A stretch of DNA of 64,000 nt from Campylobacterales bacterium (GCA_024280035.1 JAJRQV010000073.1:1316-65315), one strand, 5' to 3'; shown: positions 13,134-23,238, numbered from the stretch's first letter. Made by a program: numbers and translations. Notes: generated from the letters alone by a model not told the origin.

Positions 13134-14393
13134 TTGTACAAACTACTTTTACCGCTACTATTAGTTTTTAACCTTTTTGCAGCTGATGCAACCATTGAAG
13201 TGATTAAAAAGGTTGATAAACTCCCTTCTATATCTGTAGAAGATGCTTCTATTAATTATCAAGACCGACTTTCTAAAAAGTTTTTTAAAGTACTTGTAAG
13301 TGATTTAAATGTACTTTCTATCTTTAATGTTTATGATAATTATGCGCTTAATGATTATGACGCAGATGATGTAACAACAGAAAACACAAAACGTGATTAT
13401 GTACTTCGTTACCGTCTTCGTCAAGATGATGATGGAAATCTAAATTGTGATTATAAACTTCTATCAGCAGCTGATTCACAAGTGATTAGACAAAAAAACT
13501 TTCGCATTAAAAAAGAGAATTTATATGTATTTTTAATTCATAATCTTGCGGTAGATATAAACGATTTTATTGGTGCTGAACCGGTTGAATGGATGAAGTC
13601 TTATGTCCTTATTTCACGTCTGACTAGTCCTAATAATAGTGAAATTGTGATTTCTGATTATACACTAACGTATCAGCATGTTATAGTTAAAGGGGGACTA
13701 AATGTTTTTCCTCAATGGGTAGATAAAAAACAGACGTCTTTCTATTATTCAGTATTAGATGGACAAGAACCGACCTTATATAGAATGGATAGACGTACTG
13801 GTAAGAGTGAAAAAATTCTTTCTAGTGATGGAATGATGGTTTGTTCAGATGTGAGTACAGATGGATCTAGAATTTTAGTAACTATGGCACCTGAAGGTCA
13901 ACCTGATGTTTATCAGTATGATTTAAATACGAAAGAGTTATTGCAATTAACACATTACTCTGGAATTGATGTTGGTGCTCAGTTTTTAGAAGATGATACA
14001 GAAATTGCCTTTGTCTCAAACCGTCTGGGTTATCCTAATGTATTTTCAAAAAATATTGGTGGACGAGGTGTTCAACAGATGGTGTATTATGGAAAATCTA
14101 ATGTGGCACTTGCAGCACATAGGAATTATATTGTTTATAAATCACGTGAGAGTTCAAATGAGTTCTCTCGTAACACATTTAACTTACATCTTATTAGTAC
14201 TCGCTCTGACTTTATTCGTCGTTTAACAGCGACAGGGGTGAATGAATTTCCTCGTTTTTCTAATAATGGAGATTCTATAATCTTCATTAAAAATTATAAA
14301 TCTGAGTCTTCTGTGGGTATAATTCGCCTAAAACAGAACAAAAGCTTTCTATTTCCTTTGAAAATAGGTAAGATACAGTCTATAGATTGGTAG
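13134..14393 (+). CDS. tolB: Tol-Pal system beta-propeller protein TolB
   Basis: Signal peptide, TolB N-domain, WD40-like repeats; TTG start. Confidence 0.85.
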   Translation: MYKLLLPLLLVFNLFAADATIEVIKKVDKLPSISVEDASINYQDRLSKKFFKVLVSDLNVLSIFNVYDNYALNDYDADDVTTENTKRDYVLRYRLRQDDDGNLNCDYKLLSAADSQVIRQKNFRIKKENLYVFLIHNLAVDINDFIGAEPVEWMKSYVLISRLTSPNNSEIVISDYTLTYQHVIVKGGLNVFPQWVDKKQTSFYYSVLDGQEPTLYRMDRRTGKSEKILSSDGMMVCSDVSTDGSRILVTMAPEGQPDVYQYDLNTKELLQLTHYSGIDVGAQFLEDDTEIAFVSNRLGYPNVFSKNIGGRGVQQMVYYGKSNVALAAHRNYIVYKSRESSNEFSRNTFNLHLISTRSDFIRRLTATGVNEFPRFSNNGDSIIFIKNYKSESSVGIIRLKQNKSFLFPLKIGKIQSIDW

Positions 14394-14406
14394 GAGTTTA
14401 GCCTTT

Positions 14407-14784
14407 ATGAATAAAACAAATTTACGTGTACTTGCAGTTGATGACGATATGATTAACAGAAAACTTATAAAAACAATGCTGATGAAACAAGATAATGTTG
14501 CAGAAGTGATTGAAGCGGTGAATGGTATGGAAGCCTTAGATATCTTAAAAAAAGATACGGCTATTGATATCGTTTTATTAGATATTATTATGCCAATAAT
14601 GGGTGGAATTGACTTTTTAAAAGTAGCTCGTACAGATGACTTAATGAAAGCAATCCCTGTTATTGTGCTGACTACAGATGAAACAATTCGTGCTGAAGCT
14701 CTTGATGTTGGAGCCAATGATTTTTTAACGAAACCTATTCGTGAAAATGATATTGTTACAAAAATATCTAAACTGATTCTTTAA
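14407..14784 (+). CDS. stand-alone response-regulator receiver (CheY-like)
   Basis: 125 aa REC: D-D-x...-D(57-like 'LLDIIMP')...T...K 'FLTKP'. Confidence 0.8.
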   Translation: MNKTNLRVLAVDDDMINRKLIKTMLMKQDNVAEVIEAVNGMEALDILKKDTAIDIVLLDIIMPIMGGIDFLKVARTDDLMKAIPVIVLTTDETIRAEALDVGANDFLTKPIRENDIVTKISKLIL

Positions 14785-14936
14785 GAGTGTATTGCTCTTA
14801 AAGCCCTTAAAACAGCACTTCTTAAACTACAAAATTACACAAAAAATTTTATAAAAAACAAAATTTTCTTATAATTCTTGCTATAAATTGATATTTTTTA
14901 GCTACACTAATAGATATACTAATTTTAGGATTAACT

Positions 14937-16184
14937 ATGGACTTTGATAATATTCTTACTACAATAACTAAAACACTTTCAAGCATTGGCTCCGCTGTGC
15001 CTTCTCAAATTGCAGGCATAGATAGTTTGTATATTGGTTTAGGTATTGTTGGAATAATTATTTTACTTTGGGGTGTTTCTAAAGCACGTAATTCAAAACC
15101 TAAACGCGAACTTGCAGATTTGATGCCTGAGGGAATTGATGAACAGAAGCTAGAATCATCAGAAAAACAAGATGAAGATAAGAGTAATGAAGAAGATGGT
15201 TTTATGCCTTCAAGTCTCAAAAGTGAACCAGAACAAGAGTTGAGATTAGCAAAAACTCCTGCACCTGCTGTTGAAGAAGTAAGCCAACCTAAGGTTGCTG
15301 AAGTTAAAAGTAAGGCGTCAGAAGTTAAAACAGCAGCAGTTCAGAGGAAGAAACGCCCATCACAAAGAGAGGGCAGAAAAATTGTTAAGGGTGATTTTTC
15401 AGACTTTAGTGGTCAACGCCTCTTAATTGCGGAAGATAATATCATTAATCAAAAAGTTATTAATGGTGTTTTAAATGAGTCTGGAATTGATGTTGTAATG
15501 GCAGATGATGGGCAATATGTTTTAGATATTTTAGAAAAAGATTCTGATTTTGAAATCATTTTAATGGATGCGCATATGCCACGTATTGATGGTTTTGAAG
15601 CAACACGTGAAATTCGTAAAAATCCTGCTTATGATCACATCGCAGTAGTAGCCCTAAGTGGCGATACGGCTTCTGATGATATCCGTCATATGCGCGAAGC
15701 TGGAATGGAAGAACATTTAGAAAAACCTCTGAAAATGGATGCTTTATATGATGTTATGAGTATGTATTACTCTATTAATGAGGCAGAAGCAGTTGAAGGG
15801 GAAGAGGAACAGCCAGAATTAGAAATCTCTATTGATGTTAATGATCTTGCGAGCTTAGATTATGACGCAGGTTTAGAGATTTGTGGTAATGATGAGGCAA
15901 TGTATAAAGAGCTTTTAAAAGAGTTTTTTGTGACGTATAAAGACTCATCAAAGAGAATGCATGCAGCCTTAGTAGCTAAAGATTATAATGAGGCTAAAAA
16001 TATTTTAATTGATGTTAAAGGCACCTCGTCTAATATGGGAGCAAAACAGTTTATTTATACTGTGGACGCTTTTTTAGTAGCCCTTTCAAAAGATAATAAA
16101 AAAGTATATGGTTCTTTGTTTAAAGACTATCAAGCCCATTTACTTGCTTTATTAAAAAGCATTCAAGTCGCTTTTAAATCATAA
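14937..16184 (+). CDS. membrane-anchored receiver + HPt phosphotransfer hybrid protein
   Basis: N-terminal TM segment, acidic linker, REC domain (LLIAEDNIINQ...ILMDAHMPRIDG), C-terminal HPt-like helix bundle (HAALVAKDYNEAKNILIDVKGTSSNMGAKQF). Confidence 0.7.
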   Translation: MDFDNILTTITKTLSSIGSAVPSQIAGIDSLYIGLGIVGIIILLWGVSKARNSKPKRELADLMPEGIDEQKLESSEKQDEDKSNEEDGFMPSSLKSEPEQELRLAKTPAPAVEEVSQPKVAEVKSKASEVKTAAVQRKKRPSQREGRKIVKGDFSDFSGQRLLIAEDNIINQKVINGVLNESGIDVVMADDGQYVLDILEKDSDFEIILMDAHMPRIDGFEATREIRKNPAYDHIAVVALSGDTASDDIRHMREAGMEEHLEKPLKMDALYDVMSMYYSINEAEAVEGEEEQPELEISIDVNDLASLDYDAGLEICGNDEAMYKELLKEFFVTYKDSSKRMHAALVAKDYNEAKNILIDVKGTSSNMGAKQFIYTVDAFLVALSKDNKKVYGSLFKDYQAHLLALLKSIQVAFKS

Positions 16185-16250
16185 GAAGAGATTTTTTCTC
16201 CTCTATTTCTTCTTTTTTAGTATAATTCCCTAAAAACATCGAGCAAATTA

Positions 16251-17282
16251 ATGACAAGAATAAAAGCACAAACAGCAGATGCTCAAGCAGCAGAGCTCCT
16301 AGTTAATGAACTTCAACACTATTTTGTAAATGCTTTAGATAAACTCTCAAGTGAAATTGGAAATACTCAAAAATTTAAAAAAGTTGAGTGGTTTCGCAAG
16401 GGTGGAAAGTTTGGTGGTGGTGTACGTTATGTTGCTACTGATGATAAGCTTTTTAATCGTGCAAGTGTCAATATCTCTCAGGTTCAGTACGAAAACGATT
16501 TAAGTAAAGCCTTAGCCTCAGCAACCGCTATGTCTACAATTATACATCCTACAAACCCTTTCGCTCCCTCTATTCATATGCATGTCTCTTGGACTGAAAT
16601 GAAAGATGGACAAGGTTATTGGAGAATGATGGCAGACTTAAATCCTTCAATTTTTAATGAAGAAGATAAAAAGGCCTTTGATGAAGTTTTACAAAAGAGT
16701 TCGGGTAAGTTTTATAAAGAAGCATCTGTGCAAGGGGATAAGTATTTTAATATTCCTGTTTTAAATCGTCATCGTGGTGTTTCTCATTTTTACCTTGAGA
16801 ACTTTAAGACAGGTGATAAGTCAAATGATTTAAACATGGCAAGAAAACTGGTTGAAAATGTTATTGACATTTATGTTAAAATAATTAAAAAGCAAAGACT
16901 AAAGCATTCCACGCTTACAGATGAAGATAGAGATAAACAACTCTCTTACCATACCCTCTACCTTTTTCAAGTACTGACCCTAGACCGAGGCACTACTTCA
17001 GGGCTTTTAGTACATAATGAAAATGATATCGGAATCTTAGGTTCTATTCCCTCCCATGTAAATAAAAATTTGCTTTTATCATGGAAAGAGAAGATGCCGC
17101 AAGGACAAGAAGCCTTACTTCAAGTGATAGCGGATTGTTTACAAGACAGTGGTGAGGTCAATGAAAAAGAAAAAGTTTCATTAGCACAGGCAGTAAGATC
17201 TTTTTATCAGAAAAACCCTGAATCTTTAAAAATGCAAGCTTCGGGGAATGTAGCTGTTCCTACGGTGCAAAATCATAAGTAA
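16251..17282 (+). CDS. hemF: coproporphyrinogen III oxidase-like protein (oxygen-dependent, HemF family)
   Basis: Motifs WxRxGGxxGGG, NxSxVxG, NPxxHMxxxxxE match the HemF fold pattern; recognised by eye only. Confidence 0.55.
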   Translation: MTRIKAQTADAQAAELLVNELQHYFVNALDKLSSEIGNTQKFKKVEWFRKGGKFGGGVRYVATDDKLFNRASVNISQVQYENDLSKALASATAMSTIIHPTNPFAPSIHMHVSWTEMKDGQGYWRMMADLNPSIFNEEDKKAFDEVLQKSSGKFYKEASVQGDKYFNIPVLNRHRGVSHFYLENFKTGDKSNDLNMARKLVENVIDIYVKIIKKQRLKHSTLTDEDRDKQLSYHTLYLFQVLTLDRGTTSGLLVHNENDIGILGSIPSHVNKNLLLSWKEKMPQGQEALLQVIADCLQDSGEVNEKEKVSLAQAVRSFYQKNPESLKMQASGNVAVPTVQNHK

Positions 17283-17331
17283 AGAATTTCGGGAAAAATG
17301 TTATACCTGTTTTAGACCACAAAGTTCATGT

Positions 17332-17916
17332 ATGTGTGCGTATATTCAAGTAATTAAAACAAAAACAAAATTTGTGATTTTAATGCACACACATGAGTTT
17401 AAAAAGATTAAAAATGGAACAGGACATTTCACCCATCTCTCTTTAGAAAACTCGGAGATTTATGTTGGAAGTGAGTTTGCAAACCATAATGCTGTTAATG
17501 CGCTTATTGATGATAAAAACAATAACTGTTATGTGCTTTATCCAAGTTATGAAAGTCTTGTTTTAAATGACACTCCCTTTCCTTCTAATGGAAAACAGAA
17601 TGTAGTCTTTTTAATAGACTCTACTTGGCATAATGCTACTAAACTTTTACGAGATAGCCCTAATGTTCAGGCTTTACCTAAGATAAGTTTCACCCATACT
17701 AAAAACTCAGAATTTAAAATCAAAGAACAGCCTATGGACTTATGCTTGTCTACTATTGAATCAACCTTATGTGTTTTGGAGTTGTTGACTTTGAATGGGG
17801 ATGAAGATTTAAGTGCTTCTGTATTGGATGGATTTTTGCAGCCTTTTAGGAAGATGATAGAATATCAGGTCAAATGTACCAGGTTAGAGAATAAATCTCC
17901 TCGGTTTCGGGTTTAA
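17332..17916 (+). CDS. DTW-domain protein (tRNA acp3U aminocarboxypropyltransferase family); annotated ATG may not be the real start
   Basis: DSTWH motif; the Cys-rich N-terminal motif (CYTCFRPQSSCMC) lies in frame upstream of the first ATG. Confidence 0.65.
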   Translation: MCAYIQVIKTKTKFVILMHTHEFKKIKNGTGHFTHLSLENSEIYVGSEFANHNAVNALIDDKNNNCYVLYPSYESLVLNDTPFPSNGKQNVVFLIDSTWHNATKLLRDSPNVQALPKISFTHTKNSEFKIKEQPMDLCLSTIESTLCVLELLTLNGDEDLSASVLDGFLQPFRKMIEYQVKCTRLENKSPRFRV

Positions 17917-18037
17917 AGGAATTATAATGTTGATAACACAAGATGTAAAGAATCCAATTCAAATAAAAATTGAAATGTATGAAAAAATTATTTAATCATA
18001 TCATCGTTCACTTAGTATTGAAGGTATCTGGCTATTT

Positions 18038-18397
18038 TTGGCAACATTAGGATGTTGGAGTGTAATAAACCCTGTTGTACAGATTTTAGCGTTAGTAATA
18101 GCTATTGTACTATTTGTATTTCGTGTTCAGTATCAAAGAAAGGATAAACGCTCTTTTCCAAAAATAGAAAAAGAAATTCGTATTATGATGAAGGACCATT
18201 ATAATAAAAAAGAAAGTGAATATTTAGCAAGAGTAAAGAGAGAAAAACTATCAATATCACATACTTTTTCTGCTTATGGACTAGTATTTAGTATATGTGT
18301 TCTGTTTTGGGGAATTTCACTTTATTGCTTATCTGTAAATAACTCTTCTAAATTAAATAATAGAGTACTCTCAAGCCAAGTAAAAGAAAAAAACTAA
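18038..18397 (+). CDS. small hypothetical membrane protein
   Basis: Two hydrophobic helices; no recognisable family. Confidence 0.3.
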   Translation: MATLGCWSVINPVVQILALVIAIVLFVFRVQYQRKDKRSFPKIEKEIRIMMKDHYNKKESEYLARVKREKLSISHTFSAYGLVFSICVLFWGISLYCLSVNNSSKLNNRVLSSQVKEKN

Positions 18398-19902
18398 GCC
18401 CTTTGATCCTGCCGCTTATTCCGAGAAGACTTAATCCTAACGTTAATAGAAACATCATCTTTAGCAAAAGGCTTTAAAAACTTAGGAATAATTCGTCCTT
18501 GAATCTTCATCAAATCTTTTAACATCAACTCTGCAACATCTTCTTCTTTATGTTCTAAAACTTCTGTTAAGTACTGAAAATAGAGTTTAGAGAGTCTATC
18601 TAAGGAGATTTTCCATGTAGAATCTGTTAGTTCATACATCCATAAAGAAAAAGCATAAAAACCATCAAACACTTTTTCCTCATTAAAAAGAAGATGAAAA
18701 GAGTTTTGGAAGTTTCCACTATTGTAGGTCAAGTCCCAAAACCGTGAAAAACGTTTCATTTTTTGAATCTCTTTAAAAGAGAGTAAATCATTACGTAAGA
18801 TGTCATAATGGGGAATATCAGAGTACTGCATACCAAATTTTATATCATGGCGGTCTAGGGTAGTGCCTGAGAGTTTTTTTAAGATGCCAATTTGTATCTC
18901 TGAAGAGCTTAATGCACATAATTCATCCAGGTTTTTTCCAAAACTCTCTAAGGACTCACCGGGTAGCCCTACAATAAGGTCTAGATGGATATGTGCCTTG
19001 GTCTGTGTTTCTAGGAATCTTATATTCTCTTTTATCTTTTCAAGTTTTAAAGGACGGTTGATATTATTGGCTATTTCTAGGCTTAGGGTTTGTATGCCTA
19101 TTTCTAACTGCATAGCCCCTTCAGGGAAAAGGGCAATTTTATCTTTAATACTTTGGGGAAAATGATCAGGGATAACTTCAAAATGAGCAAAATAGGGGGG
19201 CTCTTTTTTAAGAAAAAAATCTAAGATAGTGTTCGCAAATCTCATGTTGATATTAAAGGTTCTGTCGATGAACTTGAAGTTTCTTACTCCTTTTTGCCAG
19301 AGGGTTTCAAATTCTTGGATTAATACTTCTAAGTCAAAATTTCTTACCTTTTCATCTATGGAAGAGAGACAAAATTCACAAGAAAAGGGACATCCTCTTG
19401 AAGCTTCTACATAAATGTAACGATTATCTATATCGGCTTGGGTGTAGTATTCATAAGGAAGTTTGATTTGACTCAGGTCTGCCATAACCGGCTTAATAAT
19501 TTTCTCTTTTGGAGCAGTGTCAGAAATAATTTCACAACAGAGTTTATAAAAGGCAGTATCTCCCTCGCCTAGAATAATATAATCAACTTGTGAATAATCC
19601 ACACGAAAAGGTTCATACGAAACCTCGGGACCCCCTAAGATTATCTTTGTTGCAGGACTCACTTTTTTAAGGACTTCTATAAGTTCTTGAATAGGTGAGG
19701 CATTCCATATATAAACCCCTAAACCAATGATATCAGGTTCTTTATCTAAAATCTTTTCAGCAATACTTTGGATAGCATGATTAATACTAAATTCTAAAAC
19801 CTGTGTTTGGGGTAAAAGCTCTTGCATATTGGCATAGAGGTAACGCAGACCAATTGAGCTGTGGGAATAACGAGAATTTAAAGTGCTAAGAATTATATTC
19901 AT
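18394..19902 (-). CDS. B12-binding radical SAM protein (DUF4080-type)
   Basis: N-terminal B12-binding-like domain and radical-SAM CxxxCxxC (RGCPFSCEFC). Confidence 0.8.
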   Translation of the reverse strand: MNIILSTLNSRYSHSSIGLRYLYANMQELLPQTQVLEFSINHAIQSIAEKILDKEPDIIGLGVYIWNASPIQELIEVLKKVSPATKIILGGPEVSYEPFRVDYSQVDYIILGEGDTAFYKLCCEIISDTAPKEKIIKPVMADLSQIKLPYEYYTQADIDNRYIYVEASRGCPFSCEFCLSSIDEKVRNFDLEVLIQEFETLWQKGVRNFKFIDRTFNINMRFANTILDFFLKKEPPYFAHFEVIPDHFPQSIKDKIALFPEGAMQLEIGIQTLSLEIANNINRPLKLEKIKENIRFLETQTKAHIHLDLIVGLPGESLESFGKNLDELCALSSSEIQIGILKKLSGTTLDRHDIKFGMQYSDIPHYDILRNDLLSFKEIQKMKRFSRFWDLTYNSGNFQNSFHLLFNEEKVFDGFYAFSLWMYELTDSTWKISLDRLSKLYFQYLTEVLEHKEEDVAELMLKDLMKIQGRIIPKFLKPFAKDDVSINVRIKSSRNKRQDQRA

Positions 19903-19971
19903 GTGAAATTGTACATAAAGATAACTGTTTATTTGATATAATCATCTTATTAATAAGTGCAAGGAAAAAGT

Positions 19972-20265
19972 ATGAAAAAATGTAATTCATTAGACGAGGT
20001 TAGAGAAGAGATTGATCAACTTGATGACCAAATAGTAGAACTTTTAGCAAAACGTAATGCTTATATTCATCAAGCAGTTAATTTTAAACAGAGTGTGGAA
20101 GAAGTTAAGGCTGAAAAACGTGTTCAAGAAGTCATTCAAAGAGTGCGTCAAAAAGCCATAGAGCTAGATATGTCTCCAAATATGATTACTGAATTGTATA
20201 CTACCTTGATAGATGCTATGGTTGAAGCAGAAATTGCAGAATTTCGTGATCGTGGAAGTTTATAA
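19972..20265 (+). CDS. chorismate mutase (AroQ class)
   Basis: LDEVREEIDQLDDQIVELLAKRNAYIHQA is an AroQ helix-bundle signature; RBS AAGGA before ATG 19972. Confidence 0.75.
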   Translation: MKKCNSLDEVREEIDQLDDQIVELLAKRNAYIHQAVNFKQSVEEVKAEKRVQEVIQRVRQKAIELDMSPNMITELYTTLIDAMVEAEIAEFRDRGSL

Positions 20266-20352
20266 AATTACTAAATAAATTCTTATTTACTCTTTATTAC
20301 TTATAAAATAATATTATGGTCCTAAGAATACTTTTTTCTCAAAGGACCTGAT

Positions 20353-21903
20353 ATGTCTCTCCCCGATTTCATGATGATTTTTACCTCTTCTGCTGGGCTT
20401 TCTCTTTTAGTCTGGTTAATAATTAGTGTTGTTCTCTTATATATGGCACGAAAACCCGCACATAAAGCAATTTTTTCAGTTTCAAAAATTTTATTTTATG
20501 CCTTGCGACTTTTTTCTTCTTCTGTTCTTTTAGCCGAAAAACGACTAAAACATAGAAATAAAGAGGTTCTTTTAAGTGCAGGTAAGGAAGCAAAAGAACG
20601 AATTATAGAACGAGAATTTGAACGAATTGATGCGTTTGTTAAAAAAGATCTTTCACGTTTCCCAACCCTTCAAAGAGAAGTTATGGATTCTGTTACTAAA
20701 CTGGATGAAGATTACCAAAAAAGTACAGAAATTCCACCTGCACCTCCGGGATGGACAAAAGCGATTGAACCTATAGCGGCAATTCCTCCTTCTGAAGACT
20801 CCATGGTGGCTGAAATCTTAAAAAGTATTAAAGAAGCCTTAGATAAAGGTCAAGAAAAAGCCTTAGAAGCATATAGAAAAAGTTCAGAAAATAGACATAA
20901 ATATCTGAAAAATATGGTGCCTACCTTACGTCATATTAATAAGTCTGTAGATGATTTAGATAAAAATGTACAAGTTTTATTAGAGCGATCTTCAACAGTT
21001 GATAGACATATGGATGAGTATAAAGAGATAAATAATAAAACAGACAGAGCTGCACAGATGCTCTCATCTTCTTCTATGACGCAGTTTTTTATTGCAGGTT
21101 TTGTCTTAGCCATTGCTATTGGAGGGGCTTTTATTAACTTTAACCTTATCTCAAGACCAATGCAAGAGATGGTGGGTGGTTCTGTTTATATGATGGGCTT
21201 TAAGGTCGCTGATATTGCAGCGCTTGTAATTATTTTAGTTGAGGTCTCAATGGGACTATTTTTAATGGAGTCTGTACGTATTACGCGACTGTTTCCTATT
21301 ATTGGTGCCTTAGATGATAAGATACGTGTGCGTATGATGATTACCTCATTTGTATTTCTTTTTCTTTTAGCCAGTGTAGAAGCAGGGCTTGCTTATATGC
21401 GTGAACTCCTTTCTGCTGATGATGCTGCCTTGGTAGCAGGATTACTTGGTGGTGTAGCAACGGAGAATGTGGATGCTTCGGCACGATGGATTACGACGGC
21501 TGCTCAGATGGGCATGGGGTTCATCTTACCTTTTGCCTTAACTTTTATCGCCATTCCTTTAGAATCATTCATCCATTCCACTCGTACTGTTTTTGGGGTT
21601 ATTGCTGTTGCTTTTTTACGTATTTTTGCTCTGGGTTTACGTTTTATCGGAAACCTTAGTCGTTATTCTGGAAAGAGTTTAGTAAATATATATGATTTGA
21701 TTATCTTCTTTCCTTTATGGGTGGAGTCACTGGTATCGGGTGAAAAAACTTCAAAAGTACAAAATATTAAATTACATGAACTTAAGGTTGTACAAGAAGA
21801 GGTAGGTGATGCGGTAGTGAAAAAAAGAGCAACACGAAAAACTGTGGCAAAAAAAGTTGTGAATAAAAAAGAAGAAAAAATTGAAGAAAAGGATAATGTA
21901 TGA
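20353..21903 (+). CDS. hypothetical polytopic membrane protein with central coiled-coil
   Basis: N-terminal TM, charged coiled-coil region, about six C-terminal TM helices, Lys-rich tail; translationally coupled (ATGA) to the next gene. Confidence 0.45.
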   Translation: MSLPDFMMIFTSSAGLSLLVWLIISVVLLYMARKPAHKAIFSVSKILFYALRLFSSSVLLAEKRLKHRNKEVLLSAGKEAKERIIEREFERIDAFVKKDLSRFPTLQREVMDSVTKLDEDYQKSTEIPPAPPGWTKAIEPIAAIPPSEDSMVAEILKSIKEALDKGQEKALEAYRKSSENRHKYLKNMVPTLRHINKSVDDLDKNVQVLLERSSTVDRHMDEYKEINNKTDRAAQMLSSSSMTQFFIAGFVLAIAIGGAFINFNLISRPMQEMVGGSVYMMGFKVADIAALVIILVEVSMGLFLMESVRITRLFPIIGALDDKIRVRMMITSFVFLFLLASVEAGLAYMRELLSADDAALVAGLLGGVATENVDASARWITTAAQMGMGFILPFALTFIAIPLESFIHSTRTVFGVIAVAFLRIFALGLRFIGNLSRYSGKSLVNIYDLIIFFPLWVESLVSGEKTSKVQNIKLHELKVVQEEVGDAVVKKRATRKTVAKKVVNKKEEKIEEKDNV

Positions 21904-22550
21904 AGTCTTATATCTTAGCTTTCTTACTTATTGTAGGTTTTTCTGCTTGTTCAACGGGTCCCCATAAGGCACATAACCGTGGTGTGTATATGTTGATTGA
22001 CACCTCAGGAACATATACCAAAGAGTTAGATAAGGCACAACAGATTATTAACTATACGCTTTCTCAACTTCAATCAGGTGATAGTTTTGTTGTTGCTAGT
22101 ATTGATACGGGAAGCTTTAGTGAGAAAGATATTATTGCTAAGGTGAGTTTTTCAGATAGACCTTCTCAGGCAAATCAGCAAAAGCGTGCTTTTCAGCAAA
22201 AAGTAAAACAGTATATTAAAGGTGTAAAATCGAGTGCTTATACAGATATTACGGGGGGAATCCTTCTTGCAACAGAATATCTTAATGAGAGAGACACTAG
22301 AAAAAAGACCATTATGATTTTTTCTGATATGAAACAAGAGTTAAAAAAAGGGTATATAAGAGATATTCCTTTGAAGTTAGAAGGTTTTGAAGCGATTGCT
22401 TTAAATGTAACTAAACTTAGAAGTGATAACATCGATCCAAGAGAATATATGGACAGAATTAAACTTTGGAAGGGAAAAGTTGAAAAAGGTGAGGGCAAAT
22501 GGGAAGTTATAAATGACTTAGAACGTTTAGATCAAATCATAAAAGAGTGA
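21900..22550 (+). CDS. vWA-like lipoprotein
   Basis: Lipobox LIVGFSAC; VWA-like metal-ion-dependent adhesion site (MIDAS) region (LIDTSGT...SFVVASIDTGSF). Confidence 0.45.
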   Translation: MKSYILAFLLIVGFSACSTGPHKAHNRGVYMLIDTSGTYTKELDKAQQIINYTLSQLQSGDSFVVASIDTGSFSEKDIIAKVSFSDRPSQANQQKRAFQQKVKQYIKGVKSSAYTDITGGILLATEYLNERDTRKKTIMIFSDMKQELKKGYIRDIPLKLEGFEAIALNVTKLRSDNIDPREYMDRIKLWKGKVEKGEGKWEVINDLERLDQIIKE

Positions 22551-22677
22551 AGTATTTACACTTTATTAATAAATTATGCTTATAATGGCGTACATAATAG
22601 ATGAATTTGCATAGGGTATCTACAATTTAAGATAATCTTTGTTAAAATCGGTCTAATTTTTTACAAGGAAACCAAAC

Positions 22678-23238
22678 ATGAAAAAACTTCTTGCTCTTAG
22701 CACAATTGCTGCTTTATTATTATTCTCTGGGTGTTCTCAAAAAGATCCAGCTGTAGATGCAACTAATGAAGGTCAGAAATTCAACAATGTTACAACAACA
22801 GATGTAAGTGATCCAAGTGCAACTACTTCAGGTATGGATGATGCTGCAATTGACCAATCTGGTACTGCTGATAACAACGAGATAAGCCTTAGTGGTTTAG
22901 AAGCACAGCTTAACAGTGTTACTTTTGATTTTGACAAGTTCGAAATCAGAGCAGATATGCAAGATAAACTTAAAACAAATGCAATGTTAGCCAATGCTGC
23001 TGCATCTATTTATAATGTTAAACTTGAAGGTAATTGTGATGAATGGGGTTCTGATGAGTATAACTACGCATTAGGTCTTAAACGTGCAAAAGCAGCAAAA
23101 GATGCAATGGTATCTGAAGGTGTTGATGCCGCTCGTATCACAATGGTAAGTTTTGGTGAATCTAACCCAACTTGTACTGAGCAGACACAAGCGTGTTGGG
23201 CTGAAAACCGTAGAGTAGACTTTAAACTTCTTCCATAA
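22678..23238 (+). CDS. pal: peptidoglycan-associated lipoprotein Pal
   Basis: Lipobox LLFSGCS, OmpA-like C-terminal domain ...NRRVDFKLLP. Confidence 0.9.
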   Translation: MKKLLALSTIAALLLFSGCSQKDPAVDATNEGQKFNNVTTTDVSDPSATTSGMDDAAIDQSGTADNNEISLSGLEAQLNSVTFDFDKFEIRADMQDKLKTNAMLANAAASIYNVKLEGNCDEWGSDEYNYALGLKRAKAAKDAMVSEGVDAARITMVSFGESNPTCTEQTQACWAENRRVDFKLLP

